Of a stretch of 64,000 bases of DNA, positions 1 to 10,277 are shown piece by piece. Location of the stretch: the NCBI GenBank assembly GCA_963662285.2, contig CAXXMV010000003.1, positions 32,001 to 96,000 of the forward strand. Direction: 5' to 3'. The stretch's first letter is position 1. Each line of letters starts with the position of its first letter. A program made the position numbers and the translations under genes. Under the pieces are notes generated by a model that saw only the letters and a program-made list of their open reading frames with translations, had not been told where the DNA came from and did no database searches. This DNA is from a bacterium. Its GTDB lineage: Bacteria > Hinthialibacterota > Hinthialibacteria > Hinthialibacterales > Hinthialibacteraceae.

Positions 1-126
1 TCCATCAATCAATAATTGGTTTAATAGGAGTTTTTTCGCTCTGGTTGAGGGTAGTTTAAAACGGGTATCAAGGAAATCTTCCAGATAATCCAGAATCGAA
101 ATATTGGATAGATCATTGTCGGCCAT
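1..126 (-). CDS. Partial ORF (N-terminus only), hypothetical protein
   Basis: ATG at 126; frame open to the window edge (MADNDLSNISILDYLEDFLDTRFKLPSTRAKKLLLNQLLIDG); AT-rich intergenic region upstream. Confidence 0.4.
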   Translation of the reverse strand, partial: MADNDLSNISILDYLEDFLDTRFKLPSTRAKKLLLNQLLIDG

Positions 127-511
127 AAGAGGTATTACCTTAGATGTCGTTATTATTGAATCATTATGATGCAATATAATATGTATCTCATTACAAACAA
201 TGCATAATCCGGTTTAATAGAGCACAATTTTTTTTATATAATATATGGGTATCTATAGATATTACCCCCTTTGTAATATCATAACATTGGAGAAGCATAT
301 ATCAAGCCTTTATAAAGTAATATATAATATATATAAATCATTCTTTATGGTGAATTTTTATTATAAGAAGCGTCTGTTAGAGAATTTTTTAGAAACATGA
401 ATAAAGAATGAATTTATGCAAACCTTCAATATAATCAGGTTACTGTAGTAAACTACTAATAATGTAAACATAATTTTGACAACAGTTCCAAGCATGAAAG
501 GATAATCTACC

Positions 512-1636
512 ATGGTGGACTATCAAGGACCCCGCTGCATTGAAGAGCATGAATTACCTGAACTTATAAATCTACTAAATCTGGTTTTCAGGTCTGATGG
601 AGGCTGCATGGGGAGCGATTATCCACGGCATGTCGCTATGTCCAACCGCCAAAACGTACGCATCATCACAATGGGCGGCAAGATTGTGGCGCATGTTGCA
701 ACTTCTGTGCGTCCCATAATCTTGGGCGGCATCCCGACCTACGAAGCGGGCATCGGCGCTGTAGCCACTCATGCTGACGCCAGAGGCCTTGGATTAGCTT
801 CAATTCTAATGCAGGATGCGGTGGAACGCAGCGTTGAACAAGGCGCAGACATCATGCTCATTTCCGGAGACCTGGGCGTCTACCGGCGCATGCATGCGGT
901 TGATTGTGGACGTTTCAACCAGGTTAAAATTGACCGGACCTATCTTGAAGCATCCAGCGGTTTTGATATATCACCAGCTCAAGAAAACCATATCGATGAG
1001 ATAATCAGCTTATGGGCTACCCTGCCAACCCGTTATATCCTGCCCCGTGAAGACTGGATTGCTCTATTGGCCTGTAAAAAAACAATGGATAAGCCTTCTG
1101 ATTGGTGGGTAGTGCATCACGACGGCGAACTGTGTGGTATGGGAATAGTCACTCAGGAAAAATCAGGATTAAATCTACTCGATTGGGCTGGATATTCTGA
1201 GGCCTTACAAGCGGCGGCCTCTTTCTGGTTTGATCACTATAAGAATGAATCTCTGACCTATGTCCCGTCATCAGCCAATTTATTACCCCTTTCATGGCAA
1301 AAAGGCAGCCAGGGCCTGCGTACTTTTTACGAAGGAACCGTGTTGGTTATTCAAGCGCAACGTTTCCTGCAAAGAGCCGAATCCTTGATCATTGAACGCA
1401 TTGGTGAAACAGCCTTCGCCGATCTCACAATTGAAGCGCAAGAACAGTCAGCCAGCTTTGAATATAAAGGAGAACGGCTTGAATTGCAGAATGGTGGAGA
1501 ACTGACTCATCTGTTCTTCGGCCATCCCGAAATTGATATTCTATCTGATCGCCTGAACCATGATTCTCCCTTCTATAAAATAATGTCTCAAATATTTCCT
1601 CTCCCCCTGGTTTGGTATGGCGTGGGTTATGTGTAG
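512..1636 (+). CDS. GNAT family N-acetyltransferase (Eis-like, tandem GNAT)
   Basis: Acetyl-CoA motif GIGAVATHADARGLGLAS; 374 aa; RBS AAGGA upstream. Confidence 0.8.
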   Translation: MVDYQGPRCIEEHELPELINLLNLVFRSDGGCMGSDYPRHVAMSNRQNVRIITMGGKIVAHVATSVRPIILGGIPTYEAGIGAVATHADARGLGLASILMQDAVERSVEQGADIMLISGDLGVYRRMHAVDCGRFNQVKIDRTYLEASSGFDISPAQENHIDEIISLWATLPTRYILPREDWIALLACKKTMDKPSDWWVVHHDGELCGMGIVTQEKSGLNLLDWAGYSEALQAAASFWFDHYKNESLTYVPSSANLLPLSWQKGSQGLRTFYEGTVLVIQAQRFLQRAESLIIERIGETAFADLTIEAQEQSASFEYKGERLELQNGGELTHLFFGHPEIDILSDRLNHDSPFYKIMSQIFPLPLVWYGVGYV

Positions 1637-1706
1637 GGGATTTTTGTTTTTGTGGAGATATCAAATATCAAGAGGCTCAGATATCAAGAGGCTCAGATAT
1701 TTGGGC

Positions 1707-3044
1707 TTAAATATTCGGGGAAATTAGTCTTGGCAGCCATAGGATTATATCTTCAGGTAGGTAGGTGATAATCATCAGGGTAACAATCATGGCTGCGTAG
1801 AAGGGAAGCATGGGGCGGATTAATTTTGTGATTGTGGTTCCTCCGACGCCGCAGCCGACGAATAAAACCGTGCCGACTGGCGGGGTGCATATCCCGATAC
1901 ATAAATTGACGATCATTATTAAACCGAAATGGATGGGGTGCATGTGCAGGGTGGAGATGGCGATTTGACTGAAGATCGGGGTGAAAATCAACACCGCCGG
2001 GGTCATGTCCATAAATGTGCCGACGAATAGCAGTATTAGATTGATTATGAAAAGAAGAAGATACTTGTTTTCAGTTAAACTAAGCAGACTGGCGCTGACC
2101 ATTTGAGGCAGTTCGAGGCGAACCATTAAGTTGCCCATCGCTTTGCTGGTTGCTATCAGAATAAAAATGAATGCGGTAGTTACAGCGGTGGTTTTCAGGA
2201 TTTGAGGAAGATCGCTCCACCTGACTTTTTTGTAAATGACAACCGCTAATAGGAACGAATAGATCACTGCGGCGGCGCTGGCTTGGGTGGCGGTGAAGAA
2301 ACCGCAAATAATTCCACCGAGTACGATAACCATCAGGAACATGCTTAGTATGGCGCGTTGAAAACGTTTGACGCTTTCCCACAATGGCACCGCGCCGGTT
2401 GGCTTGACGCCTTTACGGATTGCGTGAACCGCCGCGACCGCCATCAAACCCAAACCGATAATGATTCCCGGTACGAAGCCGCCCATAAACATGGCTGCGA
2501 CATCCACTACCTGTCCGCCGACATCACCCCATGCTACGGCGTATACAATCATGATATTCGATGGAGGGATAACTAAACCCAGGGTGGCTGCTGACAGCGT
2601 TAATGCGGTGCTGAATTCCCGGTTGTATCCTGAGCGACGCATTTCAGGAATCATGAACGCGCCGATGGAACTGGTGGCGGCGGTGGCAGATCCGGAAATG
2701 GCGCCGAATAACATACAGGCGGAAACATTGGCGTAGCACAAGCCGCCGACAACCCGCCCGAATAATACATCAGCGAAATCGATCAAGCGGCGCGCTATGC
2801 CGCCTTGCCCCATCAATAAACCGGACAGGACGAACATGGGTATGGCCAGCAGCGCGTAGGAATCGATCCCGTGCCACATGTCTTTAGCAATTTGCATGAA
2901 GACCAGGTTTGGTCGATCCGGCCAGATACAAAAATAGGACAAGACGGTGGATATGCCTATCGCAAACGCGATAGGGATGTTGTGTGCGATAAGTATAACA
3001 AATGCCGCAATAAGGACGATTGAAGCCAATAGTTCCGGCGTCAT
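1707..3044 (-). CDS. dctM: TRAP transporter large permease
   Basis: LLAIPMF, FGAISGSATA, IPPSNIMIVY, TPPVGTVLF motifs; very hydrophobic; in operon with dctP/dctQ. Confidence 0.95.
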   Translation of the reverse strand: MTPELLASIVLIAAFVILIAHNIPIAFAIGISTVLSYFCIWPDRPNLVFMQIAKDMWHGIDSYALLAIPMFVLSGLLMGQGGIARRLIDFADVLFGRVVGGLCYANVSACMLFGAISGSATAATSSIGAFMIPEMRRSGYNREFSTALTLSAATLGLVIPPSNIMIVYAVAWGDVGGQVVDVAAMFMGGFVPGIIIGLGLMAVAAVHAIRKGVKPTGAVPLWESVKRFQRAILSMFLMVIVLGGIICGFFTATQASAAAVIYSFLLAVVIYKKVRWSDLPQILKTTAVTTAFIFILIATSKAMGNLMVRLELPQMVSASLLSLTENKYLLLFIINLILLFVGTFMDMTPAVLIFTPIFSQIAISTLHMHPIHFGLIMIVNLCIGICTPPVGTVLFVGCGVGGTTITKLIRPMLPFYAAMIVTLMIITYLPEDIILWLPRLISPNI

Positions 3045-3673
3045 GAATTTCCTCGATCTTTAATTTCCAACTCGGATTCTCCTACCGGCTTGGGGTAGCG
3101 AACGTGGTAGATGCAATAGAACAAATTTAGCGCTCCGGTGATTACCAGGACTAAGTAAAACCATCCTCTGTTTACCGCTTCGATGCCCGGCATTTTTGAT
3201 CCAAGGGAGAAGGCGCGCACTGAAATAAGATACCCGCCTATGACTAAGACAGTTAATGAAAACAGACCGACCAGGGCGGTTGAAATATAATCGAGGATCA
3301 AACGAACTTTAGGCGGGTACAAACGGACTAACGCATCGACGCCCAGGTGCGAGCGCATCCGGAAGGCCAGCGCGCTGCCCAGTATGCCAATCCATACCAG
3401 GATAGTTTGAGAGGCGGTATTGATCGGCGCGGAAGCTTGAGCGACGAAACTCATCACGCCTTCGAGCGTCTTTACGCCAGCCGATTTTTCATTTACCACA
3501 CCGGCAGTGTTTTGGTCTATTCCATAGGCATTGAGCATATTTCCCGCGATGGGTTGAACGATGGCGTTCAAGACGATTTCTGCGGTGATGCTCAGCACCA
3601 TAGCAACCACTAAAACCTGAAGCGCTATCGTGAGAGATTTGTCGAGGATATCGTAAAACCGGCGCAAAGACAT
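3041..3673 (-). CDS. dctQ: TRAP transporter small permease
   Basis: 4 TM segments, WIGILGSALAFRMRSHLGVD motif; 4-bp overlap with dctM. Confidence 0.9.
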   Translation of the reverse strand: MSLRRFYDILDKSLTIALQVLVVAMVLSITAEIVLNAIVQPIAGNMLNAYGIDQNTAGVVNEKSAGVKTLEGVMSFVAQASAPINTASQTILVWIGILGSALAFRMRSHLGVDALVRLYPPKVRLILDYISTALVGLFSLTVLVIGGYLISVRAFSLGSKMPGIEAVNRGWFYLVLVITGALNLFYCIYHVRYPKPVGESELEIKDRGNS

Positions 3674-3699
3674 TCTCCTTGATAAAACCGTATTACGCT

Positions 3700-4695
3700 T
3701 TATTGTACGGCGCGGATTCGTTCAACGTATTGCATTACATCCGAGCCTTTGAATTCATCGTAGATGGATTGAGTCGATGCAACATAGGCGTCTTTATTTT
3801 CAAGATAAGTAAAGGTTACGCCCTCGGCTTTCATTTTTTCGATGTGTCTCTTATTTTCTTCTTTCCATAATTTAATCTGAAATTCTTGCGCAACCGCTGC
3901 GGATTTCATGATAATGTCTTGCTGTTCCGGCGTTAGTTTGTTCCAACGAGCCGCGCTCATCAGTAGAATATCGGGGATGCAAACATGTTCGTCGAACACA
4001 TAGTATGGCGCGATTTTGTAGTGCTGCTGGGTGTAGTAACTGGGGATATTGTTTTCTGCTCCCTGTACTACTCCGGTATCGAGCGCGGTGTACAGTTCGG
4101 AAAAAGCGATTTGTTGGGGTGAGGCGCCCATAGTTTCTATCAGTTTTTGCATCATGACGCTTTTTTGGACGCGAATTTTAATGCCTTTGAGATCATCTGG
4201 ATTCACGACTTTTTTCTTGGTGTAAAAGGAACGCGCTCCTGCATCGAAATAACAGATGCCTTTCAAGTTTTGATCGAGCGCCATATCGAGCAATTCCTGA
4301 CCGATCTCGCCATTGAATACCTTCCACATGTGTTCTTCATCACGGAACAAGTAGGGCAGAGAATAGACTTTGGCCAGTTCGGTTTTAGTTTCGAGTATGG
4401 TGGAAGAAATTTTGGTGAATGCATCGGCGTCGTTGCTGACGTTGTCGCAAAGTTCCTGCTCGTTGCCCAGGGTTCCACCCGGCTGGATTTTGACCAGCAT
4501 GGTTCCTTCGCTGAGCCGCTCCATTTCTTCTGCGAATTTTTCCAGCGCTTTATGAACCGGATGGTCAGTTTTCAAGACATGGGGCAGGCTGAAGGTTGTG
4601 ACTTTGGCGGAGTGGACATCGCCGCCGCATGATATTGTCAGAGCAAGTAATAACGCTATAAAAACGCTAACGATATTTTTATGAATCGGTTGCAT
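3700..4695 (-). CDS. dctP: TRAP substrate-binding lipoprotein, probably for a sugar acid
   Basis: Lipobox-like LTISC; DLKGIKIRVQ and FSELYTALDTGVVQGAENN motifs. Confidence 0.93.
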   Translation of the reverse strand: MQPIHKNIVSVFIALLLALTISCGGDVHSAKVTTFSLPHVLKTDHPVHKALEKFAEEMERLSEGTMLVKIQPGGTLGNEQELCDNVSNDADAFTKISSTILETKTELAKVYSLPYLFRDEEHMWKVFNGEIGQELLDMALDQNLKGICYFDAGARSFYTKKKVVNPDDLKGIKIRVQKSVMMQKLIETMGASPQQIAFSELYTALDTGVVQGAENNIPSYYTQQHYKIAPYYVFDEHVCIPDILLMSAARWNKLTPEQQDIIMKSAAVAQEFQIKLWKEENKRHIEKMKAEGVTFTYLENKDAYVASTQSIYDEFKGSDVMQYVERIRAVQ

Positions 4696-4797
4696 CGCAT
4701 TCCCTCGCGTATAGGTTTTACAAAGATATTGTAGATGACCTGCACTATACCATATCTTGGGGATATTTTAAGCGGCTAGAGCAAATGCATTTAAGGA

Positions 4798-5133
4798 TTA
4801 TTCATTCTCCTGCGCGATGAAATCTTCCCGGTGGGGAGTGAAAACATCGAAAATCACTCCTGCTTCAAGAGCGACGACGCCGTGGGGCGTATCCGATGGG
4901 ACGTAATAGGTATCGCCCGCAACGACGGTTTGTTTGCCGCCATTCATTTCCAATTCGAACTGACCTTTGACGATGTAACCAATTTGTTCGTGGGGATGGG
5001 AATGAACGGCGCCTACGGCGCCTTTTTCGAAGGTGAATTCCACTGCCATCAGAATTCCACCGCGTGAAAGGTTTTTTCGCGTTACGCCTGCGCCAGCATC
5101 CAGATGTTTAGCGGAATCATTCTTAACAATCAT
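4798..5133 (-). CDS. Cupin protein, KdgF-like (pectin/alginate uronate processing)
   Basis: HSHPHEQIGY and PHGVVALEAG...DVFTPHREDF motifs; upstream of the TRAP operon. Confidence 0.8.
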   Translation of the reverse strand: MIVKNDSAKHLDAGAGVTRKNLSRGGILMAVEFTFEKGAVGAVHSHPHEQIGYIVKGQFELEMNGGKQTVVAGDTYYVPSDTPHGVVALEAGVIFDVFTPHREDFIAQENE

Positions 5134-5289
5134 TTAGATCGTTCCTTTCATTCAATCGCATACCATTTATGTCTCTTGAGTGGTTCATCACTAGACCTCT
5201 TATCATAATCACATGAATTATATATGCTATCCGGTGTACACAGTATCCTTAGATTATAAGAGTAACAATTACTTCGGAGGTGACAACAA

Positions 5290-5934
5290 ATGCTTGATGA
5301 ATCAAAGGAACGGTACTGGCAAAATTGGGATAAAGATGATACTGCAGAACGAATAGATGAGTACTGGTTGAAAAATGAAGCTTCCTGGCGCGAAAATGTT
5401 GTGAGTCATATTAAGAGCGTTTTTGGAATCCATAATCAAATGATCGAGATCGGGTGCGGCAGCGGTTTGATCTACGAAAAGTTATTGGCGCATCAAGTAA
5501 TAACTCCCCAATCCTATATCGGGGGAGATGTAAGTTGGAAAATGCTGGAAATTGCTCGTAGACGATATCCATCTATGGTATTAGCCGGTATGGATATTTT
5601 TAACCTTCCCCTCGCAGACCAGTCTCAAGAGAATGTAATTAATATCCAGGTTCTACATCATCTGCCTCATTATAAGGACGCGCTGAAAGAACTTGTCCGG
5701 ATTACAAAGAAGCGTCTATATATCAATACCTGGCTCGTTAACAATCCAGAAGATGTGATAAATTTCCATGCCTCTGGAGCGGGAGATTCGGAGACTTTTC
5801 ATAATAATTTTTATTCGTTCCAGAAATTCGTGGTGGAGTTAGAGAATATTTGCGGCAACCGGTTAGTGGATGTGAAGGCTCACCAGTTTGCAGAAAAAAG
5901 CATGGCTGTTTATATGGATTTACGTTCAGAATAA
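5290..5934 (+). CDS. Class I SAM-dependent methyltransferase
   Basis: IEIGCGSG motif I, GDVSWKML, VLHHLP; RBS GGAGG. Confidence 0.85.
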   Translation: MLDESKERYWQNWDKDDTAERIDEYWLKNEASWRENVVSHIKSVFGIHNQMIEIGCGSGLIYEKLLAHQVITPQSYIGGDVSWKMLEIARRRYPSMVLAGMDIFNLPLADQSQENVINIQVLHHLPHYKDALKELVRITKKRLYINTWLVNNPEDVINFHASGAGDSETFHNNFYSFQKFVVELENICGNRLVDVKAHQFAEKSMAVYMDLRSE

Positions 5935-5982
5935 ATCGTTCTCCCCTCCCGGAATACGGAAGGGGAGATTTTGGATATATGA

Positions 5983-6867
5983 TTAATACAAAGGCCAATC
6001 GCTTAAAGCGGTTGCTTCTAGAAATTTAAGCGATCCCCAATAGTATTCCAGTTCGTGAATCGATTCTTCCAGATTCATTCCCGGATCGTAGAGAAACGCC
6101 GTCCAATAAAGCTGAATCTCTCTGGCTTCTTCATAGAAATCAGCTACCAGGGTTTGCTCGTTATAGACATCCACATCATCAACATTGATATTGAATCCGA
6201 TTGTTCCTCCGGGTTGAGGCGAGCCGATGATATCTAATGCAAAACGCGCTTCCTGCGACCAATCAGCTGTATCGGCGTTGAAGGTGGTTTGAGCATACCA
6301 ATCATCATCAGCGCCATTTCCAAAAGGACGCACTTTTTCACCATATAATTCTGGAGAAACAAAAGGATCTGGAGCATCATCCGATTCAATTCCATAAATG
6401 AATTGTCCGCCGGTCTCTGTTTCCGTAGGATTGCGGGCGGTTTCTGAACGGCTCAGATCGCCGTCAAAGAAATATTCCACCGCATCGTTTTCCCATGTAA
6501 CCGGCAGATCATATTGTATGCGTTTGCCATAGTTAGTGCTGATATAGACGTCATCTGTTACTGATACAGCGATATATAAAAAGTCAGAGTCATACATTAC
6601 GCTGAAGGTATAACTGCAATCTTCCGGTCCATCAATAGAATCAACGTCATCTCCCGATACGCCTAGATTGACGAAATCAACCGTATTAGATTCAGCCCTA
6701 TCCCACTCACCGGGACTTAAGACGCCGTCAATCGTAGGAGGTGATCCTACAAAAATCGCTTCAATCAATTGGTTGCCTTCTGCATCTAATTTCTGTGCAG
6801 AAACATCGGCGGAAAACATAAACAATCCAGCAACAATCATCATTGACAAAATAAATAATCTTCTCAT
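5983..6867 (-). CDS. Secreted CBM9/DOMON-like sugar-binding protein with C-terminal WxLY motif
   Basis: Signal peptide; PTIDGVLSPGEW, LYIAVSVTDD, DAVEYFFD, IGFNINVDD; ends ATALSDWPLY. Confidence 0.75.
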   Translation of the reverse strand: MRRLFILSMMIVAGLFMFSADVSAQKLDAEGNQLIEAIFVGSPPTIDGVLSPGEWDRAESNTVDFVNLGVSGDDVDSIDGPEDCSYTFSVMYDSDFLYIAVSVTDDVYISTNYGKRIQYDLPVTWENDAVEYFFDGDLSRSETARNPTETETGGQFIYGIESDDAPDPFVSPELYGEKVRPFGNGADDDWYAQTTFNADTADWSQEARFALDIIGSPQPGGTIGFNINVDDVDVYNEQTLVADFYEEAREIQLYWTAFLYDPGMNLEESIHELEYYWGSLKFLEATALSDWPLY

Positions 6868-7118
6868 AGCATCTTCTCCCTGATTTTTGATTTATTAAGA
6901 CACGCCTATTCTTATATATTTCATCAACCACGTCTATCCAACTTACGGTTTTAGCTATTGAAATGATTAGCAAAGTGGAGGATAAAACTCCTCCTGCTAT
7001 GTACGATAAAAATAAGCAATTTCGTATACCGATATGGCGTCAATGTGGTTTTATATTTGTAGATGAAGATAAGTATCGTTATCAATTGCTATGTGGTAAG
7101 TTAATTTTCACTATATAC

Positions 7119-7220
7119 AAAAAAAGTGGCCGTCAAAGACGGCCAGGTTGCTCCGTAGAGCAGTGCCTGCGAACTTTTACTCTTGTTACGAAAAGCTCAC
7201 AGACTGAGATAGTTTACAAT
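7119..7220 (-). ncRNA. tracrRNA of the type II-C system
   Basis: 7185-7220 matches the repeat at 29/36 nt (4 of 7 differences become G-U pairs in the crRNA:tracr duplex); followed on the minus strand by a CAGG..TGCTC/GAGCA..CCTG stem, hairpin TGGCCGTC-TTT-GACGGCCA and a T7 tract. Confidence 0.9.
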
Positions 7221-7227
7221 ATTAATT

Positions 7228-7256
7228 AAAATAGTGCATAATAAGATTAAAATCAA
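7228..7256 (-). promoter_or_regulatory. Putative sigma-70 promoter of tracrRNA
   Basis: TTGATT-N17-TATTTT on the minus strand; predicted +1 at about 7220-7221, the start of the anti-repeat. Confidence 0.5.
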
Positions 7257-7288
7257 GTCTTATATACAAATTTTCCGCGGGGGTAATC

Positions 7289-10264
7289 ATGACAAAAACA
7301 ACACTAGGCATCGATTTAGGCACAAATTCTATCGGTTGGGCTTTGTTGAATGAGAAAAAAGAGCAGATTATTGCTACTGGCGTCCGCATCTTTCCTGAAG
7401 GCGTGGACCGGGACCAGAAAGGCGGAGAAATATCCAAGAATCAAACCCGCCGGGAAAAACGCGGTCAACGCAGGCAGACCGCACGAAGAAGAAGCCGGAA
7501 ACATAGGTTGTTAAAACAACTCATTGAAGTTGGATTATTACCGCAGCAGCAGGATGATTTTTACCCTTTATTAACCAATCCTTATGAGTTGCGGAAACGA
7601 GGTTTGGATGAACAACTCTCTCTGCATCAATTCGGAAGAGTCTTGCTTCACCTAAATCAACGGCGGGGATTCAAATCCAACCGTAAAAGCGATAAGCAAA
7701 ATCAGAAAGAAACCTCCGACATGCTCAAGGAGATCAGTCAACTGGAAAGCGATATCCATGAGAACGGTTGCCGCACCCTGGGCGAATATTTTTATAAGAT
7801 TCAAAACACGGATTCTAATGATAAGAAGCAAAACCATATAAGGCTCCGCTCGCATCATACCCACCGGGAAATGTATGAGAAAGAACTGGAACTGTTGTGG
7901 CAGGCACAGCAGAAATTTTACCCCGAAGTATTAATCGATGATCTCTATGATGATGTGCGTCAAACAATGTTTTTCCAGCGCGATATGTATTGGGACCCCA
8001 AAACTATTGGCCTGTGTGAATTGGAAAACCAAAAACGCTGTCCACGTGCGGATCGCATGGCGCAAAGATTCCGCTTGCGGCAGGAGATTAATAATCTGCG
8101 TCTGCTGGATGAATCTACAGGAGAGGTTCGTTCATTAAACGCCGAAGAGCGCGAGAAGGTTTATGAAAAGTTATCAACCACCAGAGAGCGGAGTTTTGAT
8201 AAGATACGAACTGATCTCGGCTTTGATGAACATTGCAAATTCAATTTTGAAAATGGCAAACGCAACAAACTTAAAGGCCTGGAAACCGATGCCATTCTTT
8301 CAGGGAAAAAATATTTAGGCAAAAAGTGGTTTGAATATTCTGATCAAAGAAAAGACGAGATTGTTTATTGTATTATTGATGAGAAATTAGGCGACCATGA
8401 TTTTCTGGATAAAGCCCAAAATGAATGGGGTATGGATAAAGAAACCGCAGAGAATTTACTGGGCGTAAACCTGCCCGATCATTATATGAATTTCAGCCGT
8501 AAGGCGATTGAAAAGTTGTTGCCCGCCCTTGAAGAAGGTTTACCTCTGATGACCGATGATAAGAAAGAATCGGCCATGAGCCGGGCGGGATATCTGCGCC
8601 CCGATCAACGGCCAAACAAAATTGAGGATTTTTTACCCAAACCACCAGACTTACCTAATCCCATCGTTAGGCAGGCGCTATTCGAGTTCCGCAAGTTACT
8701 CAATGCCATCATCCGTGAATATGGTAAGCCGGATAAAATTAATATCGAACTGGCGCGGGACGTGAAAAATCCCAAAAAGGTTCGCGAGGAAATCTCTATC
8801 AAAATTTGGGAGCGTACGCAACTAAGGGAAACCGCAAAACAAGAGATTGAAAAACTTGGTGAAAAACCTACCCGCGATAACATAGCACGATATTTATTAT
8901 GGGAAGAACAGGGCCGTATCTGCGTTTATTCCGGCAATAATATTAGCCTTGCTCAACTTATGAAGGGAGAAATTGATGTCGATCATATTCTGCCTTATTC
9001 CAGAAGCCTGGATGATTCACTGCAAAACAAAGTGGTCTGTTTCCGCAAAGCCAATGCCGATAAAGGAGACCAGACGCCTTATGAATGGCTGGCTGAGATG
9101 CATCCCACCCAGTATGAAGAAGTCCAGCAACGCATACGAAAATTGCCTTTTGGAAAACGGCAAAGATTTACCCGTAAAAATGTAGAGTTAGATGATTTTG
9201 TAAACCGGCAACTGACGGACATCCAATACATAAGCCGTGAAGTAATGAAATACGTGCGTTGTCTTGGTTCTGAAATTGTTTGCACCAAAGGACAGAACAC
9301 CTCTGACCTGCGCCATGTATGGGGCTTAAACACTGTTTTGAATAATGAAAACTTGAATATCAAGAATCGTGAAGACCACCGCCATCATGCAGTCGATGCC
9401 ATTGTGGTGGCGCTGACCGACCGCTCGCGTTTGCAGCAACTGGCCCGCTCACGCAAACGCACTAAAGGTCAAATCGAGTTCCCCCACCCCTGGCCCAACT
9501 TCCGCAATGAAGCCGAAAAACATATCAACTCCATTATCGTCTCTCATCGCGTTCAGCGCAAAATCCAGGGCGCCTTGCACAAGGAAACCATTTATGGCGC
9601 TACAAAGAAATCCGGCGAATATGTTTACCGAAAACTGATTACAGATTCAAGTTTTACCTTAAACATGGTCAACTTAATAAGAGATCCAGTGATAAAAGAT
9701 TTAGTGATTGAACGCTTAAAAAAATTTGGGTATGAGCCTGGAAGAGGTAAAGGAACTATAAAAAAGGAAGTCTGGAAAGAACCTCTTACTATGCTATCAG
9801 GAACACTAATCAAAAAAGTTCGTTTAATTAAAAAGAATAAAACAATTCAACCAATTCGTGGAGGAAACTCTCATGTTCAACCAGGAAATACTCATCACAT
9901 TTGTCTTTTCAAAAAAGAAGGGAAAATATGTAAAATGATTTCTGTACCCATGATTGAGGCAGCCCGTCGTGTAAAAGATCATGAACCTATCATTCAACGT
10001 GATCCTCCTCCAGATTATCCTGATTCGGTGTTCTTCATGTCGTTAAGTAATAATGAAATAGTTATGTTGAAACATAAAGGAGTGGAAGATATCTACCGTT
10101 TTGATACTTCAGCATCTACTAGCCAGCAAATGCATTTCATCCATCATACTTATGCTGTAAAAGAAAAAACACCAGCTGTTCGACTGAGTAAAAAACCGTC
10201 CACTCTTGATGCGCGGAAAATCACGGTCGATATCCTGGGACGTATCCGCAACGCCAATGATTAG
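7289..10264 (+). CDS. cas9: Type II-C CRISPR nuclease Cas9 (compact, 991 aa)
   Basis: RuvC-I LGIDLGTNSIGWA, Arg-rich bridge helix, RuvC-II INIELARD, HNH DVDHILPYS..N..N..K, RuvC-III HHAVDA; followed by cas1-cas2 only. Confidence 0.97.
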   Translation: MTKTTLGIDLGTNSIGWALLNEKKEQIIATGVRIFPEGVDRDQKGGEISKNQTRREKRGQRRQTARRRSRKHRLLKQLIEVGLLPQQQDDFYPLLTNPYELRKRGLDEQLSLHQFGRVLLHLNQRRGFKSNRKSDKQNQKETSDMLKEISQLESDIHENGCRTLGEYFYKIQNTDSNDKKQNHIRLRSHHTHREMYEKELELLWQAQQKFYPEVLIDDLYDDVRQTMFFQRDMYWDPKTIGLCELENQKRCPRADRMAQRFRLRQEINNLRLLDESTGEVRSLNAEEREKVYEKLSTTRERSFDKIRTDLGFDEHCKFNFENGKRNKLKGLETDAILSGKKYLGKKWFEYSDQRKDEIVYCIIDEKLGDHDFLDKAQNEWGMDKETAENLLGVNLPDHYMNFSRKAIEKLLPALEEGLPLMTDDKKESAMSRAGYLRPDQRPNKIEDFLPKPPDLPNPIVRQALFEFRKLLNAIIREYGKPDKINIELARDVKNPKKVREEISIKIWERTQLRETAKQEIEKLGEKPTRDNIARYLLWEEQGRICVYSGNNISLAQLMKGEIDVDHILPYSRSLDDSLQNKVVCFRKANADKGDQTPYEWLAEMHPTQYEEVQQRIRKLPFGKRQRFTRKNVELDDFVNRQLTDIQYISREVMKYVRCLGSEIVCTKGQNTSDLRHVWGLNTVLNNENLNIKNREDHRHHAVDAIVVALTDRSRLQQLARSRKRTKGQIEFPHPWPNFRNEAEKHINSIIVSHRVQRKIQGALHKETIYGATKKSGEYVYRKLITDSSFTLNMVNLIRDPVIKDLVIERLKKFGYEPGRGKGTIKKEVWKEPLTMLSGTLIKKVRLIKKNKTIQPIRGGNSHVQPGNTHHICLFKKEGKICKMISVPMIEAARRVKDHEPIIQRDPPPDYPDSVFFMSLSNNEIVMLKHKGVEDIYRFDTSASTSQQMHFIHHTYAVKEKTPAVRLSKKPSTLDARKITVDILGRIRNAND

Positions 10265-10277
10265 GAGTTAAGTTCAG

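Noticed and set aside
1665-1700. 16-bp tandem duplication ATATCAAGAGGCTCAG
   Set aside because: Two copies, no spacers; simple slippage between convergent genes.
6963-7437. Short ORFs 6963-7229 and 7222-7437
   Set aside because: They overlap the tracrRNA, its promoter and cas9; treated as shadow frames, like the other short antisense ORFs in the track.
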